Assembly: GCA_002104905.1 (NCBI GenBank)
Contig: MCFE01000376.1
Span: forward strand, 20,517-84,516
DNA length: 64,000 nt
Direction of reading: 5' to 3'
From: Basidiobolus meristosporus CBS 931.73
Taxonomy: Eukaryota; Fungi; Basidiobolomycota
The notes under the pieces are model-generated. The model was not told where the DNA came from. It saw only the letters and a program-made list of their open reading frames with translations, and made no database searches. Within the stretch, counting starts at the first letter, position 1. Every line of letters begins with the position of its first letter. Positions 62,467 through 64,000 of this stretch are shown piece after piece. The position numbers and the translations under genes were made by a program.

Positions 62467-64000
62467 GTGGCAAAAAACATTCCCGAAGCCAAGAAGAACA
62501 GAAGGGTAGCACTAAATGGGGAAGTACGCATTTTAGGAATGAGGCAGGTGATGGAAACATTGGTTGCAACGCAGAAAGGGCAGCAAGAAAAGAGCACCCA
62601 ACCTGGATTGAAAGGCGGTGATACTTGCAGAGTAGGCATGGTGCGTGAATATCTGGGTGAAAATCAGGATCCTGGAAATGATTTTGGCGACCTTGATGTG
62701 GATATCATGAGTAGTGAATACAGCACAGATCAGGGATCCATTGGGGGCATATCAGAGGAGAACATTGCCCAAGCAACAATTCGAAGTGGCATCAAATGGT
62801 GATCATTCAAACGGGCTTAGTAATTGTTGCACAACCACAGGGGAAGAAAGAAGCACTGAGAAGCTACATGGCCTACCGCACACTGCACGTGGTACAAGAG
62901 GTAGAAGGGAGCAATTTGTAAGCAATGAAAATATCAACGTGGTCATTGAAGATTTAATACTTGAGCAAAATGAGGTCCAGCGTACTGAAGGAAGAGTGTC
63001 AATTGCGGAAATTGAAAGAGCGGCTAGAAGCATAATACTGCCCACCTTAGCCCATTCCGATGAGGGCAATAGCGCTGTGGAAGCTGAGACTACAAGTGGA
63101 CTGGTGGGAGGAGCCTTGTCTCTTAATAAAGTATCAGCAGGGGGCTCTGGATACTTTTCTACCAAAGGAGCACTTGATCTGGACCAGGCTGCGCAGCTTG
63201 GGGGGTTACTTCAGCACTATAACACACCAATGAATGAATCTGAATTGGCACTTATCAATATCATGAGGGCTGAGTTCATGAATTTTTGGCTGGAGAAATT
63301 TTACCAAGAGCCAGAAAAAATGTCTCAAATTTCCCATGGGAACCGTGGTCTTAAGGGGTTATTGTGCACGCAGGCAAATGTTTACTGGAATTTGACAATC
63401 AAGCAGTTCATTTTGTTTTCCATGCGCCTATGCCAACCGGATATAAGAAGCCCTCAGGCGTATTGGGCTGTAGTGGGGGTGAAGGCCAACGTAGACTCCT
63501 ACTTGATGCTACAAAAGGGTAGGCACGGTTCTGCGCCACTAAGTGCATCCACTTTGAACAATATCTTTCATCATTTAATGAAGGCAGTATATCTTTACAA
63601 TATTTGCTACAATCCAAAGACAAAAGACAAGCCGCATGTACGCTGTGATGTGGAGATGCATCTACGCGCACTAGGTAGTGTAGCTGGGCAATTGAAAAAC
63701 CAGCATACTTTTGAACGAAGGCAAAAGCGAGTGACTGAATGTACCAGGGAAGAGGAAGCACCAACTACTCAAGAAGTGGGATTTTTATTTTCTCGGCTTC
63801 TTGAGAGTATGCAAGCTATATTGGAGACAGTGCTTCCAAGGGGTGAGTTGAATTATGAGGTGGTTCAAAACAAAAATTACACAAAGCAGCAGCAATATTC
63901 ACTTGGGAAGTGGAGCTTTGTCACAACACCAATGGAAAAGTTAATTGCGCATCTAAAGGAGAGTTTGAGGTGTGAGCAAGCATACCGGCTGCTCCAACAG
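62467..64000 (+). CDS. Long ORF running off the window; putative tyrosine-recombinase N-terminal (core-binding) region, with probable frameshift near 62790
   Basis: Hand translation shows no stop from 62711 to 64000 (430 codons; first ATG 63230). Contains TIKQFILF...NVDSYLML...LSASTLNNIFHHLMKAVYL...APTTQEVGFL. ORF 62467-62802 is probably its N-terminus in another frame. Confidence 0.5.

Overview
Eukaryotic (fungal) genomic DNA in two parts. About 1-47.6 kb is gene-dense, with short-intron housekeeping genes: Exo70, MGRN1-like RING ligase, Grx5, a 7TM orphan, an FYR-domain protein, fungal tRNA ligase Trl1, ORC3, Brl1/Brr6, a PEX22-like protein, a homeobox TF, rhodanese, a Ptp3-like phosphatase, DDX41, a CUE protein, an F-box/LRR protein, a CoA-transferase III, DUF202, PFK-2/FBPase-2, HMG-CoA synthase and GST. 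The gene set and one apparent U12-type intron point to an early-diverging fungus (Mucoromycota/Zoopagomycota-like; inference only). From about 47 kb the window is repeat-rich and CpG-poor. It holds an intronless bacterial-type P-loop kinase, a flavin amine oxidase and many Ty1/Copia LTRs (two solo LTRs with 5-bp TSDs, one LTR-PBS-gag stub). It also holds a tRNA-derived SINE and a 5'-truncated LINE that share a 3' tail ending in the telomeric hexamer TAACCC and are stacked head-to-tail. The last ~8 kb is an intronless, co-oriented block (kelch remnants, SNF2 ATPase) bracketed by two related tandem arrays. It is followed by a 430-codon ORF, absent from the ORF track, that runs off the window and looks like a tyrosine-recombinase N-terminus, so this may be a large cargo-carrying mobile element. 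All family assignments are from motif recognition, not database searches; exon boundaries are approximate unless stated.
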